Positions 25,427-36,087 are shown, counted from the first letter of the stretch. The stretch is DNA of 64,000 bases from Clostridiales bacterium (GCA_017529925.1 JAFXMZ010000025.1:407-64406); one strand, 5' to 3'. Program-made: numbers and translations. Notes: generated by a model not told the origin, from the sequence alone.

Positions 25427-25954
25427 ATGAACAAGGTTATTTTGGTAGGAAGACTAACAAAGGATCCCGAAGTTAAGAATACTTCAAGTCAGGTTCAGTT
25501 CTGTAATTTCACCATTGCGGTGGACAGAAGGTTCAAGGACCAGAGCGGACAGAGACAGGCAGACTTCATCAACTGTGTTGCATGGAGACAGACAGCATCC
25601 TTCATCGGACAGTATTTCCATAAGGGTTCGAAGATCGGTGTCGTCGGAAGCATCCAGTCCAGAAGCTTTGATGATAATCAGGGTCAGAGAAAATATGTTA
25701 CCGAGGTTCTGGTAGACGAGGCGGAGTTCGTTGATTCCGCTAACGGTCAGGGACAGGGCAACGGCCAGGGCAGGAATCAGGGCCAGCAGGCTCCTTCCGC
25801 AGCTCCCGCAACCGCACCTGCACCTCAGGCTCCCGCACAGGGAACTGCAGCAGCTTCGGCTCCCGTAGCACCCAAGACCGAGATCGCACCTGACATGGAT
25901 TCAGAGGATGTATTCGGATCGGACGGCAATATTGACCTCCCTTTCGAATTCTGA
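25427..25954 (+). CDS. ssb: single-stranded DNA-binding protein
   Basis: MNKVILVGRLTKDPE... OB fold, a G/Q/A/P linker, and the C-terminal tip DGNIDLPFEF. Confidence 0.93.
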   Translation: MNKVILVGRLTKDPEVKNTSSQVQFCNFTIAVDRRFKDQSGQRQADFINCVAWRQTASFIGQYFHKGSKIGVVGSIQSRSFDDNQGQRKYVTEVLVDEAEFVDSANGQGQGNGQGRNQGQQAPSAAPATAPAPQAPAQGTAAASAPVAPKTEIAPDMDSEDVFGSDGNIDLPFEF

Positions 25955-25978
25955 TCAGTTAATTAAGGAGATTTTAAA

Positions 25979-26251
25979 ATGGCTGAGAACAGAGCACCTA
26001 AGGCTGCCGGACGTGAGTTTTCCGGCAATATGAGACAGAGACGTTCCCGCAGGAAGTCATGCAGCTTCTGCGCAGAGAAGGTCGAGGTTATCGATTTTAT
26101 GGATTCCGTTAAGCTCAGAAAGTTCGTTTCCGAGCGCGGCAAGATCCTGCCTAAGAGAATGACAGGCACATGCGCTAAGCACCAGCGTGAGCTCACGACT
26201 GCTATCAAGCGCGCACGTCAGATCGCTCTTCTTCCCTATGTAGCAGATTGA
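25979..26251 (+). CDS. rpsR: 30S ribosomal protein S18
   Basis: [49 protein letters not shown]. Confidence 0.93.
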   Translation: MAENRAPKAAGREFSGNMRQRRSRRKSCSFCAEKVEVIDFMDSVKLRKFVSERGKILPKRMTGTCAKHQRELTTAIKRARQIALLPYVAD

Positions 26252-26291
26252 TCCGCTTCATTGGAAATAAGAGACAGGCTAGTATATAATA

Positions 26292-26330
26292 ATCAGGTGT
26301 CGCGCAAAGGTGCGGCACCTGATTTGTTTT
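26292..26330 (+). terminator. intrinsic terminator after rpsR
   Basis: ATCAGGTG...CACCTGAT hairpin followed by TTGTTTT. Confidence 0.7.
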
Positions 26331-26350
26331 AGATCCGGAGGGACAGATAT

Positions 26351-26794
26351 ATGAAGGTTATTCTCTTACAGGATGTCAAGGGACTCGGCAAGGCTAACCA
26401 GGTCGTCGAGGTCAATGACGGATACGGAAGGAACTTCCTGCTCAAGAAGAATCTGGCAAGGGAGTCGACTGCTTCAAACCTTAATGATGTTAAGATGAAG
26501 CAGGGCGCCAAGGCGGAGCTCGAGAAGAGGGCTCTCGCGAAGGCCAAGGAAGTGAAGGAAGACCTGGGCGGAAAGACATTTACGCTCAAGATGAAGAGCG
26601 GCGAGGGCGGAAAGCTCTATGGCGCCGTTACCGATAAGGATATTTCCGACGAGCTCAAGAAGAACGGCTATGAGATCGAGAAGAAGCAGGTCGTTATCAA
26701 TACACCCATGAAGAATGTCGGAACATTCGGTGTGAGGATCAAGCTTCATCCGGAAGTCTCATGTGAGATCAATATCGAGGTAGAGGCACTCTGA
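26351..26794 (+). CDS. rplI: 50S ribosomal protein L9
   Basis: MKVILLQDVKGLGKANQVVEVNDGYGRNFL. Confidence 0.93.
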   Translation: MKVILLQDVKGLGKANQVVEVNDGYGRNFLLKKNLARESTASNLNDVKMKQGAKAELEKRALAKAKEVKEDLGGKTFTLKMKSGEGGKLYGAVTDKDISDELKKNGYEIEKKQVVINTPMKNVGTFGVRIKLHPEVSCEINIEVEAL

Positions 26795-26796
26795 CG

Positions 26797-28551
26797 GTGG
26801 ACAGGAATATGGACGGGAATCTGCTCGGAACGGACATTCCGGGCGCCGGCGGGAAAGGCAGTTCGGCCGTTTCGGACCCCGAGACGGAGAAGGCGCTCCT
26901 TTCGCTGTGCATCAGGAGGAAGGAATCCGTTAACGATACCGTAAGCAGGAAGATCGTTAAGGAGGATTTTTCCGACCGCAGGAACTCGCTCATCTTTGAG
27001 GCTATCGCTAACCTCTATATCAACAACGGCAAGATAGATAAGTTCAACATCTCGGACGAGCTCGAGAGGATGGGACAGTCCTCGGCCGCGGGCGGCAGCG
27101 AGTACCTTTTCGAGGTGGCAAATACACAGAGCGTCGCAAGCAATATCGACAGCTACATCACGATCATCCGTGAGAAGTCCCAGAGGCGTCAGCTGATAAA
27201 GAGCCTCGATGAGATGAAGAAGCTCGCACAGTCGGGCAAGAATGCCGTCAACGATGTCGTGGATATCGGTGTCGGAAGGCTGACCGGGATGCGCGAGGCG
27301 CCGGAAGGTATCGGTTTTGAGCAGCTTTCGGCCATACTGAGGCGTAATCTCAATGATATCCACAGGATCAGGAAGGGCGAGCTGTCCGCGACCGGTATCA
27401 GGTCAGGATTCAGAAAGCTCGACAACATGATCGGCGGTTTCCGTCCCGGCACGCTCAATATCATCGCGGCGCGACCCGGTATGGGAAAGACGGCGCTCGT
27501 TATCAATATCGCAACTAATGTCGGCGTGCACAAGCACCAGAATGTTAATATCTTTTCGCTCGAGATGAGCAAGGAAGAGATCGGAAACAGGATCATGGCT
27601 TCGAGGGCGGACGTTACGACCAAGAAGCTGCAGCGCGCAACGGGTATCTCGGAGGAAGAGGAGACAAAGCTCGCGAGGGTCTATTCTGATCTGGCCGAGC
27701 TCCCGATCTATATCGATGACAATTCGTCCGTGAACCCGATCTCGATGCTTTCGACATGTAAGGAGCTCAAGGCCAACGGCAAGCTTGGACTCTTGATCGT
27801 CGACTACCTTCAGCTCATGTCGATGCCCGGGCGCGGCAACAATTCTTCGAGACAGCAGGAGATCTCGGATATCTCGAGGTCGCTCAAGGTCATGGCCAAG
27901 GATCTCGGAGTGCCGATCATCGCACTGTCACAGCTCTCGAGAGGTTCCGAGAGAAGAGAGGACCACACCCCGATGCTTTCGGATCTCCGTGATTCGGGTG
28001 CTATCGAGCAGGACGCTGACTGCGTTATCTTTATCGACAGGGAAGATTACTACAACAAGGATATAGACAAGATCTCGAATCCTATCCAGAATGCGAAGCT
28101 CATCGTTGCCAAGAACAGGCACGGCGAGACAGGCACGGTACCCGTTAAGTGGTGGGGTGAGAAGACACTCTTCTTCGAGGAGGATGCGGCTTATGATCCC
28201 AAGGATCCCAGAGCGACCGGACAGCAGTCTTCATATACGAGGACGGTGCCGGGCGACAGTTCCGCCGCCAGCTATAGTTTTGATGATAAACAGGATCAGT
28301 CTGCTCCTCCGGGAGCGGATGACATGATCCCGCCGCCTCCTCCGGCCGGAGCGGATGACGGATATCCTTATGCTGAGCCGTCTTACGGCGCGGATACTTC
28401 CTATGGTGGGGATCCATCATACAGTCCGGACGCTTCCTACGGCGCAGCACCGTCCTATGAGGAGCCGCCTTTCGAGCCGGATGATATGTCGAATCCGGAT
28501 AACGATGTCTTCTTCGCCGACAGCAATACCGACTTCCCGGAAGGATTCTGA
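26797..28551 (+). CDS. dnaB: replicative DNA helicase (DnaB family) with a roughly 130-aa low-complexity C-terminal extension
   Basis: Walker A ARPGMGKTAL, then LIVDYLQLM and SQLSRGSERREDHTPMLSDLRDSGAIEQDAD. The extension is P/Y/D/S-rich and ends SNTDFPEGF. The start is uncertain (GTG 26797 or ATG 26809). Confidence 0.9.
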   Translation: MDRNMDGNLLGTDIPGAGGKGSSAVSDPETEKALLSLCIRRKESVNDTVSRKIVKEDFSDRRNSLIFEAIANLYINNGKIDKFNISDELERMGQSSAAGGSEYLFEVANTQSVASNIDSYITIIREKSQRRQLIKSLDEMKKLAQSGKNAVNDVVDIGVGRLTGMREAPEGIGFEQLSAILRRNLNDIHRIRKGELSATGIRSGFRKLDNMIGGFRPGTLNIIAARPGMGKTALVINIATNVGVHKHQNVNIFSLEMSKEEIGNRIMASRADVTTKKLQRATGISEEEETKLARVYSDLAELPIYIDDNSSVNPISMLSTCKELKANGKLGLLIVDYLQLMSMPGRGNNSSRQQEISDISRSLKVMAKDLGVPIIALSQLSRGSERREDHTPMLSDLRDSGAIEQDADCVIFIDREDYYNKDIDKISNPIQNAKLIVAKNRHGETGTVPVKWWGEKTLFFEEDAAYDPKDPRATGQQSSYTRTVPGDSSAASYSFDDKQDQSAPPGADDMIPPPPPAGADDGYPYAEPSYGADTSYGGDPSYSPDASYGAAPSYEEPPFEPDDMSNPDNDVFFADSNTDFPEGF

Positions 28552-28554
28552 CGG

Positions 28555-30084
28555 ATGAGGGATATAGAGACAAAAGTCCTGGAATATGGCAGGAGCCGGG
28601 GACTTTTTGATGCCGGACTTATCGTGGCCGGCGTATCGGGAGGGCCTGATTCGACGGCGCTCCTTTGCATTTTAAGAGAACTTTCTTCGCAGGTAGAGGA
28701 TTTCCCCATTATCGCTGCAGTCCATGTCGATCACGGCATAAGAGGACAGGCTGCGAAGGATGATGCCGCATTCACCGAAAGACTCTGCAGGGATCTCGAT
28801 GTTCCGCTCAGGATCTTCGAATATGATGTGAAGGCCAGGGCCCGCGAGATGTCGCGCGGCGAGGAGGAGACCGGAAGGATCCTGAGATATGAGGCCTTCA
28901 GGCAGTTCGGCGATGAGATCGCGCAGGAAAGAGGGATAAAGCCGGAAGATGTAAGGATCGCGGTCGCGCACCATATGGGCGATGCCGCCGAGACCATGAT
29001 GATAAACCTGTTCCGCGGCACGGGCCTTGAGGGGCTGACGTCCATGAAAGGTATTTCGGGCAACGTGATAAGGCCGCTTTTGTGCCTCGGCAAAGACGAG
29101 ATCACCGCCTATCTCGAGGAGCGCGGCATCCCGTGGTGCACCGACGCGACGAACGGCGAATCGGTCTATACCAGGAATAAATGGCGCAATGAGATATTCC
29201 CACTGATCGGCGAAGCATCCGTCAAGCAGCCCGTGAAGGCGCTCCTTGACGCACGCGAACTGCTGTGCGACGACCTGGACTTCATCACATCCGAAGCGCA
29301 CAGGGCATTCGACGGACTGCTCATTACATTCAGCGGCTTCTCATTTCTCCCGCAGGACGGCCTCCTGAAGCTACGTCCCGCGATCTTTTCGAGGGTCATA
29401 AGGCTCCTGCGCGAAAAGACGCTCGGCCACCTCACGGACTTCGAGACAGTACACATGAACGCCGTTCGGAATATGCTCATGCGCGGCGGAGCGGCCGAGA
29501 CCACGATCGACCTGCCTTTCGGAACGAAGGCATTTCTTGCATCGGGTTATTTTACTTTCCTCAGCGAAAAGGATATACCGGCCGCAGCAAGGGCCGTTGC
29601 CCGGCAGATGGGATTCATCACGGCTTCGCCGGATCAGCCCCTCGACATGAGGATCGGTCTTCACGAGCCAAATACAACAAAATTGCCCGATTCGGATGTT
29701 CAAATGAAGGTCGATATCGTTGAGAATAGTGATGTTTTAGAGTATAATACTCTATCGTGGATTTACCCGGTCGCCGATCCGGATGAGGACATCAGGATCG
29801 TTACGGGAAGGCCGGAAGCATACTTTAAGGCTGCCGGCAGCACGGGCGGCAAGGAGATGAGGCTCCTGCTCAAGGACAGGCATGTTCCCGCCGATGCCAG
29901 ATCATCGGTCGTCGCGGTAGCGAGAGGGGACAGGATCCTCTGGATCCCCGGTATCGGACATGCCGAAGGCTTTACGGGTGAAGGTTCACGACAGAAATGG
30001 GAAAGGGAACGTCAGTCCGACGGAAGTGTGGAGGAAGTCAGGCTTTTCGCTGTGATAACGTTCATAAACGGTGACAGTCAATGA
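28555..30084 (+). CDS. tilS: tRNA(Ile)-lysidine synthetase
   Basis: PP-loop VAGVSGGPDSTALL ... VDHGIRG. Confidence 0.88.
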   Translation: MRDIETKVLEYGRSRGLFDAGLIVAGVSGGPDSTALLCILRELSSQVEDFPIIAAVHVDHGIRGQAAKDDAAFTERLCRDLDVPLRIFEYDVKARAREMSRGEEETGRILRYEAFRQFGDEIAQERGIKPEDVRIAVAHHMGDAAETMMINLFRGTGLEGLTSMKGISGNVIRPLLCLGKDEITAYLEERGIPWCTDATNGESVYTRNKWRNEIFPLIGEASVKQPVKALLDARELLCDDLDFITSEAHRAFDGLLITFSGFSFLPQDGLLKLRPAIFSRVIRLLREKTLGHLTDFETVHMNAVRNMLMRGGAAETTIDLPFGTKAFLASGYFTFLSEKDIPAAARAVARQMGFITASPDQPLDMRIGLHEPNTTKLPDSDVQMKVDIVENSDVLEYNTLSWIYPVADPDEDIRIVTGRPEAYFKAAGSTGGKEMRLLLKDRHVPADARSSVVAVARGDRILWIPGIGHAEGFTGEGSRQKWERERQSDGSVEEVRLFAVITFINGDSQ

Positions 30085-30608
30085 AGATGGATGTGTCCAG
30101 AGTCCTGATCCCGCGCGAGAAGATCGACGAGATGGTCGAGAGGGTCGCGGGTCAGATCAATGATTTCTACGGCGGCGAGAAGCTCGTCGTGGTCGGAATA
30201 CTGACGGGCGCTTATGTCTTTACGGCCGATCTTGTCAGGAAGCTGGACATGCCGGTCATCGTCGATTTTATGCAGGTGTCGAGCTATGAAGGCACCGAGT
30301 CGACGGGCAACATCACGATAAAGAAGGACGTCAGCCTGGACATTAAGGACATGAACGTTCTCATCGTTGAGGACATCGTTGATACGGGAAGGACTCTCAA
30401 GGCTCTCAAGGAGATGCTGCTCGAGAGGCAGCCGAAGTCGCTCAGGATCTGTACGGCTTTCGATAAGCCCTCCAAGCGAGTGACGGATCTCGTCCCCGAT
30501 TTTAACGGCATCGTAGTGCCCGATGAGTTCATCGTCGGCTACGGACTCGACTATAAGGGCCTTTTCCGCGAATTCAAGGATGTAAGGGCAGTGGAGATAA
30601 AGGAGTAA
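30081..30608 (+). CDS. hpt: hypoxanthine phosphoribosyltransferase
   Basis: VLIVEDIVDTGRTL PRPP motif; overlaps the tilS stop. Confidence 0.92.
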   Translation: MKMDVSRVLIPREKIDEMVERVAGQINDFYGGEKLVVVGILTGAYVFTADLVRKLDMPVIVDFMQVSSYEGTESTGNITIKKDVSLDIKDMNVLIVEDIVDTGRTLKALKEMLLERQPKSLRICTAFDKPSKRVTDLVPDFNGIVVPDEFIVGYGLDYKGLFREFKDVRAVEIKE

Positions 30609-30611
30609 AAG

Positions 30612-32735
30612 ATGGATAACAGACCAAACGGTAACGGAAACGGTAACGGCGGCGCGAGACCTCCGATGAACAGGCCGGTGAACCCTAAGAGGGGCGGCGG
30701 TATCCTGTTCTATCTGGTGATCCTCGCAGTGCTCGTGATCTTTTCGACATATATGTACGGCGGACAGGGCAGTTCCAAGAAGGGTGACCCGAAGCTGTCG
30801 GACGTAATGGGCTATATCGACAACGAGGAATACGATGTAACGGATGTCGACATCAAGGGAACGACCATCAAGCTGACATACAAGACGGCGGGCGGCGATG
30901 AGAAGGTCCTGAACCAGAAGATCCCCTACGAGTATGTCGATGATCTCGTCGAAAAGCTCGAGATCGCCAAGCAGGAAGGCAAGATCGAGTCTTATAACTA
31001 CACGGAGCCCCTTGACTGGAGCGGCGTCATCAACCTCATAACGATGGTCGGCATGGGTGTCCTCGTGATCATCATCTTCACGAGCATCACGCGCCAGACA
31101 AAGGAAGGCAACGGAGTCTTCTCCTTCGGAAACAACAGGGCAAGGCTCACGACTCCCAACGAGATCAAGGTCAAGTTCGACGATGTTGCAGGTTCGCTCG
31201 AAGAGAAAGAGGAGCTTTCCGAGATAGTCGACTTCCTGAAGACCCCTAAGAAATATACCAAGCTCGGTGCCAAGATCCCCAAGGGCGTGCTGCTCTTCGG
31301 TGCCCCCGGTACCGGTAAGACGCTCCTTGCGCGTGCAGTCGCAGGTGAGGCAGGCGTTCCGTTCTTCTATATCTCCGGTTCCGACTTCGTTGAGATGCTC
31401 GTCGGTGTCGGTGCATCTCGAGTAAGGAGCCTTTTCGCCGATGCCAAGAAAGCAGCTCCGAGCGTTATCTTCATAGACGAGATCGATGCCGTCGGCCGTA
31501 AGAGAGGCGCAGGCCTCGGAGGCGGTCAGGACGAGCGTGAGCAGACGCTCAATCAGATCCTCGTCGAAATGGATGGTTTTGACGTCAACACCAACGTCAT
31601 CGTCATCGCCGCCACCAACAGGGTTGATGTTCTCGACCCCGCGCTCCTGCGTCCCGGACGTTTTGACAGAAGAGTCCGCGTTAACGAGCCTGACGCCGAC
31701 GAGCGTGAGGCCATCCTCAAAATCCACGCCAAGGGCAAGCCGCTGTCACATGATGTCGATCTTCATGACGTGGCTCTTTCCACGGTCGGATTCACGGGTG
31801 CGGATCTTTCCAACCTCCTGAACGAAGCGGCTCTTCTCGCTGCCAGACGCAACATCCCCGAGATCACTCCCAAGGAGATCTCCGATGCGACATTCCGTGT
31901 CATGATGGGTCCCGAGAAGAATTCCAAGAAGCTTTCAGAGCGCGTCAAGAGACTGACCGCTTTCCACGAGGCCGGACATGCCGTAGTACTCCGTGCTACG
32001 TCCGACTTCCAGAAGGTCGACCGCGTTACGATTATCCCTGCAGGTTCCGCAGGCGGATTCACGGCCTACAAGCCGATCGAGGATATCGACTACTACACTG
32101 AGAAGATGCTCCTCGACACGATCAAGATGTCGCTCGGCGGCCGTGCTGCAGAAGAGATTTTCCTCGGGGAAGTATCCACCGGCGCATCGAACGACCTCAA
32201 GCAGTGTAACCGGATCGCGACCAACATGATCAAGCGCTACGGTCTCTCCGACAAGTTCCGCAACCTCGTCTTCGGCGACGACAACGATGAGGTATTTGTC
32301 GGAGCTTCCTTCGGCCAGGTCCAGAGCTATTCCGATGCGACCGCCGCCGAAATCGACAAGGAGATCCAGCGCATAATCACCGAATGCTATGAGGAGACCA
32401 AGCGCATCCTCATCGAAAAGCGTGCCGTCGTAGAAGGCCTTGCTGCAAGACTTATCGAGTCCTACAAGGTCGACAATCCCGAATTCGAGGCGATCTACGA
32501 GTGCGACGGCGATCTTGCCAAAGCCGACGAGCTCCTCAAGGAGCGCCGCGAAAAGGCGAAGGCCGAAGCCGAGGCTGAGAAAGCTGCCGGGAAGACCGGA
32601 GATGCTGGCGATAAGGATGCTGCTGACGCGGCCGATGCCGGCTCTTCTTCGGGCGACACCGCAGGCACTGACGTAGCCGTCGCCGGTGTCCAGCTCGCTG
32701 AGAAGACCGAGAACGGCGCAGGCGCGCAGTCCTGA
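30612..32735 (+). CDS. ftsH: ATP-dependent zinc metalloprotease FtsH
   Basis: [28 protein letters not shown], and HEAGHA zinc site. Acidic/Ala-rich C-terminal tail. Confidence 0.95.
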   Translation: MDNRPNGNGNGNGGARPPMNRPVNPKRGGGILFYLVILAVLVIFSTYMYGGQGSSKKGDPKLSDVMGYIDNEEYDVTDVDIKGTTIKLTYKTAGGDEKVLNQKIPYEYVDDLVEKLEIAKQEGKIESYNYTEPLDWSGVINLITMVGMGVLVIIIFTSITRQTKEGNGVFSFGNNRARLTTPNEIKVKFDDVAGSLEEKEELSEIVDFLKTPKKYTKLGAKIPKGVLLFGAPGTGKTLLARAVAGEAGVPFFYISGSDFVEMLVGVGASRVRSLFADAKKAAPSVIFIDEIDAVGRKRGAGLGGGQDEREQTLNQILVEMDGFDVNTNVIVIAATNRVDVLDPALLRPGRFDRRVRVNEPDADEREAILKIHAKGKPLSHDVDLHDVALSTVGFTGADLSNLLNEAALLAARRNIPEITPKEISDATFRVMMGPEKNSKKLSERVKRLTAFHEAGHAVVLRATSDFQKVDRVTIIPAGSAGGFTAYKPIEDIDYYTEKMLLDTIKMSLGGRAAEEIFLGEVSTGASNDLKQCNRIATNMIKRYGLSDKFRNLVFGDDNDEVFVGASFGQVQSYSDATAAEIDKEIQRIITECYEETKRILIEKRAVVEGLAARLIESYKVDNPEFEAIYECDGDLAKADELLKERREKAKAEAEAEKAAGKTGDAGDKDAADAADAGSSSGDTAGTDVAVAGVQLAEKTENGAGAQS

Positions 32736-32852
32736 TCTGCTGATCACCGCGCCGATCCCCGACACCTGCTGCTTAGCGGCAGGGACCGTCCCGATGCAGG
32801 TTTCCTGCAGTCTTGATACGGCTTACGCCGCGCAACTGATAATGATGTTTGA

Positions 32853-32960
32853 AAGTTCCTTTTTTGTTCCTTTTTGCACCGTCAGAAGAGAACATAAAAA
32901 GGAACTTTTTAGTGTATTCCTTTTATTGTTCCTTTTTCCGCCCTCGAAAAGGAACTTTGA
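32853..32960. repeat. hairpin-repeat array 4a (GGAAC words, 62-bp spacing)
   Basis: GTTCCTTTTT-20 nt-AAAAAGGAAC (32866-32905) and GTTCCTTTT-TCCGCCCTCG-AAAAGGAAC (32928-32955). Confidence 0.7.
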
Positions 32961-33011
32961 GGGAACTGTTACAGGCCCCCCGGGGGCGGGGAGGGAAATC
33001 GCAGTCCGGCA

Positions 33012-33067
33012 GGATGAGGACGGTTGGATGAGGCCGGTTGGATGAGGCCGGTTGGATGAGGCCGGCG
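33012..33067. repeat. 14-bp tandem repeat GGATGAGGCCGGTT x about 4
   Basis: Units at 33012, 33026, 33040 and 33054; the first unit has a C-to-A variant. Confidence 0.85.
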
Positions 33068-33105
33068 GGTTCTTTTCGAACGGGGGGATTGTCAAAAATC
33101 GTTTA

Positions 33106-33160
33106 GAGTTGGCAAAAAGTTGGCAAAAACGGCCCTCAAAAGCCACGTTTTTGCCAACTC
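33106..33160. repeat. hairpin element 4b (TTGGCAAAAA word)
   Basis: GTTGGCAAAAA duplicated (33108, 33119). A 13-bp perfect stem AGTTGGCAAAAAC / GTTTTTGCCAACT spans 33118-33159. Confidence 0.75.
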
Positions 33161-33340
33161 TCAAAAATATTTGTAGAAGATGCGCGCCGCCGCGTTGTAA
33201 GTGGTATAGTTAAAGGTGATGTGGGAGCGGTCACGGTGCAGGCAAACCGGCCGCAGCGCAGGAAAACCGGCCGCGGCGCAGGCAAACAGGCAGCGCGGGC
33301 AGGAACCTCCCGGAAGCGGGCAGCAACAGGAAGGACACTC

Positions 33341-34534
33341 ATGAGACGGCTTACGGCACTGATACTGACATTGATACTTATTGCCGCGGCATGCGTTGCC
33401 GTTACGGGGTGCACTGCCATGGAAGAGGAGGACAGGTTCCTTGTCGGAGTCATCTATCTCGACAATTCCAGAGCAACTGCCGGCTATACATATTCCCATC
33501 ATTACGGTCTGACAAAAGCCATGATAAGAGCGGGGATTCCCGAAGAGGACCTGATAGTCGAAGATAACGTCCCCGGCACCGAGGAGGACGCATCGAAAGC
33601 GATCGACCGTCTGGCGGACGCGGGGTGCGATCTGATCATCGGGACAAGCTCAGAGTATGAGAGCGCCTTCGTGAAGGCTGCGGATAAGTATCCTGATATT
33701 ATGTTTGCCCACGCGACAGGCTCATCCTCCAATGACACCAACTTGGTCAATTATTACGGCCGCATATATCAGGCGAGATATCTTGCGGGGATCGCGGCAG
33801 GCTACAAGTCTCTGGAGATAGAAGATAACAATATCGGTTACGTATCGGCCTGGGGCACCGGACTCGCGGAGACATGCGCCGACATCAACTCATTTACGCT
33901 CGGTGTACGCTCAGTAAATCCCGATGCCGTGATCTATGTCAAGGTTATAAACTCCTGGGGCGATTCCAAACTCGAGCGGACGGCAGCAGTGGAACTGATA
34001 GACAGCTACGGCTGCAAGCTGATCAGCCAGGACTGCGACAGTGCGCTTCCCCAGACGGTCGCCCAGGAGCGCGGAATCTACGGCTGCGGCTACAATTCCG
34101 ATATGTCCGACCAGGCACCGGATGCGCATCTCACCGCGCCCGTCTGGAAGTGGGACGTCTACTATCAGTATATCCTCGAGACGGCAATGAACTGCAAGCC
34201 GTCGGAGTTTGCGTCAAAGGCCGGCAATTACTACGGCAGCCTGGCTGACGGTTTCGTGGGGCTGGCTCCGATCACGGAAAACTGCACCCCCGAGACAGAG
34301 GAGGCGATCGCTCTGGCGGCTGACCTCATTAGGAACGGTCAGTGGGACGTCTTTACCGGAACGGCGCTCGAATTCTCAGGCGAAGCGGGAAGCGTCAGCG
34401 TTTCCCTCATCGAAAAGCCTCTCACCGCCGCAGACGGCACAGTGATAGTTCCCGCCGGCGGCGCGTCGGTAGACGATGAAACTATAAGCCACACAATGGA
34501 TTATTATGTCGAGGGAGTAGTCGAGGTCGGCTGA
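33341..34534 (+). CDS. BMP-family (PnrA/Med-like) ABC-transporter substrate-binding lipoprotein
   Basis: Lipobox LIAAACVAVTGC. The start at 33341 follows AGGAAGGA. ORF 33221.. is an upstream extension through a repeat-rich leader. Confidence 0.8.
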   Translation: MRRLTALILTLILIAAACVAVTGCTAMEEEDRFLVGVIYLDNSRATAGYTYSHHYGLTKAMIRAGIPEEDLIVEDNVPGTEEDASKAIDRLADAGCDLIIGTSSEYESAFVKAADKYPDIMFAHATGSSSNDTNLVNYYGRIYQARYLAGIAAGYKSLEIEDNNIGYVSAWGTGLAETCADINSFTLGVRSVNPDAVIYVKVINSWGDSKLERTAAVELIDSYGCKLISQDCDSALPQTVAQERGIYGCGYNSDMSDQAPDAHLTAPVWKWDVYYQYILETAMNCKPSEFASKAGNYYGSLADGFVGLAPITENCTPETEEAIALAADLIRNGQWDVFTGTALEFSGEAGSVSVSLIEKPLTAADGTVIVPAGGASVDDETISHTMDYYVEGVVEVG

Positions 34535-34580
34535 AACCGCACCGGATAATACTGAGCCCGAATCGGTTAACACAGACAGC

Positions 34581-34612
34581 AAAAGATCCTGCAGCCCGCA
34601 GGATCTTTTTTT
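34581..34612. terminator. bidirectional intrinsic terminator
   Basis: AAAAGATCCTGC-AGCC-CGCAGGATCTTTTTTT between convergent genes. Confidence 0.8.
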
Positions 34613-34638
34613 ACTCTAAAAAATCAAATAATGCTCGA

Positions 34639-35391
34639 TCAGAATCCGTTAAGGAATGCCTTTGTCCTCACGGACTGAGGATCGTCTATTACCTGTGAGG
34701 GCTTTCCTTCCTCGACGATCTTGCCGTCATCCATGAAGATGACGTGATCGGATACGTCCCTCGCAAAAGCCATCTCATGCGTTACGATGACCATCGTCAT
34801 ATGTTCTTGCGCCAGGTCGCGGATGACCCTGAGGACGCCTGCGGTCAGCTCGGGATCGAGTGCCGATGTCGGCTCGTCGAAGAACAGGATATCGGGATTG
34901 GTGGCAAGAGCCCTTGCGATGGAGACGCGCTGCTGCTGTCCGCCCGAAAGGTTGCACGGATAGGCGTCGGCCTTGTCCGACAGCTGCATCTTTTCGAGGA
35001 GCCTGTCGCAGACGGCGTCTGCCTCGTCGCGGCTCATCTTGCGGACGTGGACGAGCGACTCGGTGATGTTGCGCCTGACCGAGAAATGAGGGAATAGGTT
35101 GAAGTTCTGGAACACGAGCCCGAACTTCGAACGGATCTCCTGGAGTCCTTTTTTGCTGCAGTAGGTCGTCTTTCCGTCCTTGGTGTCGACGAGTGTCTGA
35201 TCGCCGATCATGATCGCGCCGCTGTCGATGGTCTCGAGCGTCGTTGCGCAGCGCAGGAGCGTGGATTTGCCTCCGCCCGAGGGCCCGATTATGGATGTGA
35301 TCTCGCCCTTTTTGACGGTCATGGAGATGCCCTTCAGGACCCTCAGGTCGCCGAAAGCCTTCTTGACGTCTTTCATTTCAAAAACTTTCAC
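34639..35391 (-). CDS. amino-acid ABC transporter ATP-binding protein
   Basis: [40 protein letters not shown]. Confidence 0.92.
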   Translation of the reverse strand: MKVFEMKDVKKAFGDLRVLKGISMTVKKGEITSIIGPSGGGKSTLLRCATTLETIDSGAIMIGDQTLVDTKDGKTTYCSKKGLQEIRSKFGLVFQNFNLFPHFSVRRNITESLVHVRKMSRDEADAVCDRLLEKMQLSDKADAYPCNLSGGQQQRVSIARALATNPDILFFDEPTSALDPELTAGVLRVIRDLAQEHMTMVIVTHEMAFARDVSDHVIFMDDGKIVEEGKPSQVIDDPQSVRTKAFLNGF

Positions 35392-35415
35392 CGGGCGCCT
35401 CCTTTCCTTTTGACC

Positions 35416-36087
35416 TTACTGATAATAGTCGAGCTTTTTCTCGACGCGGTTCATCGTTATCTCGATGATGCCGTTAAATACATAATAGAATACGCCGGCG
35501 ATGATGAACGGCATGATCGACGACATCCTCGCGGCCGCGGATGACGAGAAGAAGAACATCTCCTTGATCGACAGGATCCTCGACAGCGAAGTGTCCTTGA
35601 CGAGAGTGATGATCTCGTTCGTCATGGCCGGCAGGACGCGCTTGAAGACCTGCGGCAGTATGATCCTGAAGAATGTCTGCGACTTCGAAAAGCCAAGTAT
35701 CTGCGCGGCCTCATACTGTCCTTTGGGCATCGACTGGATGCCGCTCCTGAAGATTTCGGCGAAGTATGCCGCATAATTAACGGTGAACGCGATTATGGTC
35801 GCGATAAAATCATAGCTGTAGGGACCGATCTTGATGTTGCCGGTCTTGACCCCGAACATGTAGTAGGGAAGATAGTAGACGAGCAGCAACTGCAGCATCA
35901 GAGGCGTGCCGCGCATTACCGAGATGTAGATGCGCACGAGGCTCCTGATGACGGGATTCCTGCTCATCCTGCCCTTCGACACGAGAAGACCCAGGATGAC
36001 CGAGAAGACGAGGGTATACGCGAAGATCTCGAGCGTTATCACAAATCCGCCCGACAGAAGCTTTATGGTCGATATATACTTCTCCAT
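35416..36087 (-). CDS. amino-acid ABC transporter permease (His/Glu/Gln/Arg/opine family)
   Basis: EAAQILGFSKSQTFFRIILPQ, an EAA-loop motif; 5 TM helices. Confidence 0.9.
   Translation of the reverse strand: MEKYISTIKLLSGGFVITLEIFAYTLVFSVILGLLVSKGRMSRNPVIRSLVRIYISVMRGTPLMLQLLLVYYLPYYMFGVKTGNIKIGPYSYDFIATIIAFTVNYAAYFAEIFRSGIQSMPKGQYEAAQILGFSKSQTFFRIILPQVFKRVLPAMTNEIITLVKDTSLSRILSIKEMFFFSSSAAARMSSIMPFIIAGVFYYVFNGIIEITMNRVEKKLDYYQ

Noticed and set aside
24685-25434. 249-aa minus-strand ORF and 24690..25016 / 24734..24952 plus-strand ORFs
   Set aside because: They run through the GTCCC repeat spacer and antisense to rpsF. Low-complexity translation and no RBS.
30078-31727. 549-aa ORF on the minus strand
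   Set aside because: Antisense shadow of hpt and ftsH, whose identities are unambiguous. The composition is a typical GC-rich antisense frame.
31935-32765. 276-aa minus-strand ORF
   Set aside because: Antisense shadow of the ftsH 3' half.
33136-33502. Minus-strand ORFs and the N-terminal extension of the BMP lipoprotein ORF (33221..33340)
   Set aside because: The extension translates a repeat-rich leader (R/A/G-rich). A proper RBS plus a lipoprotein signal peptide begins at 33341.
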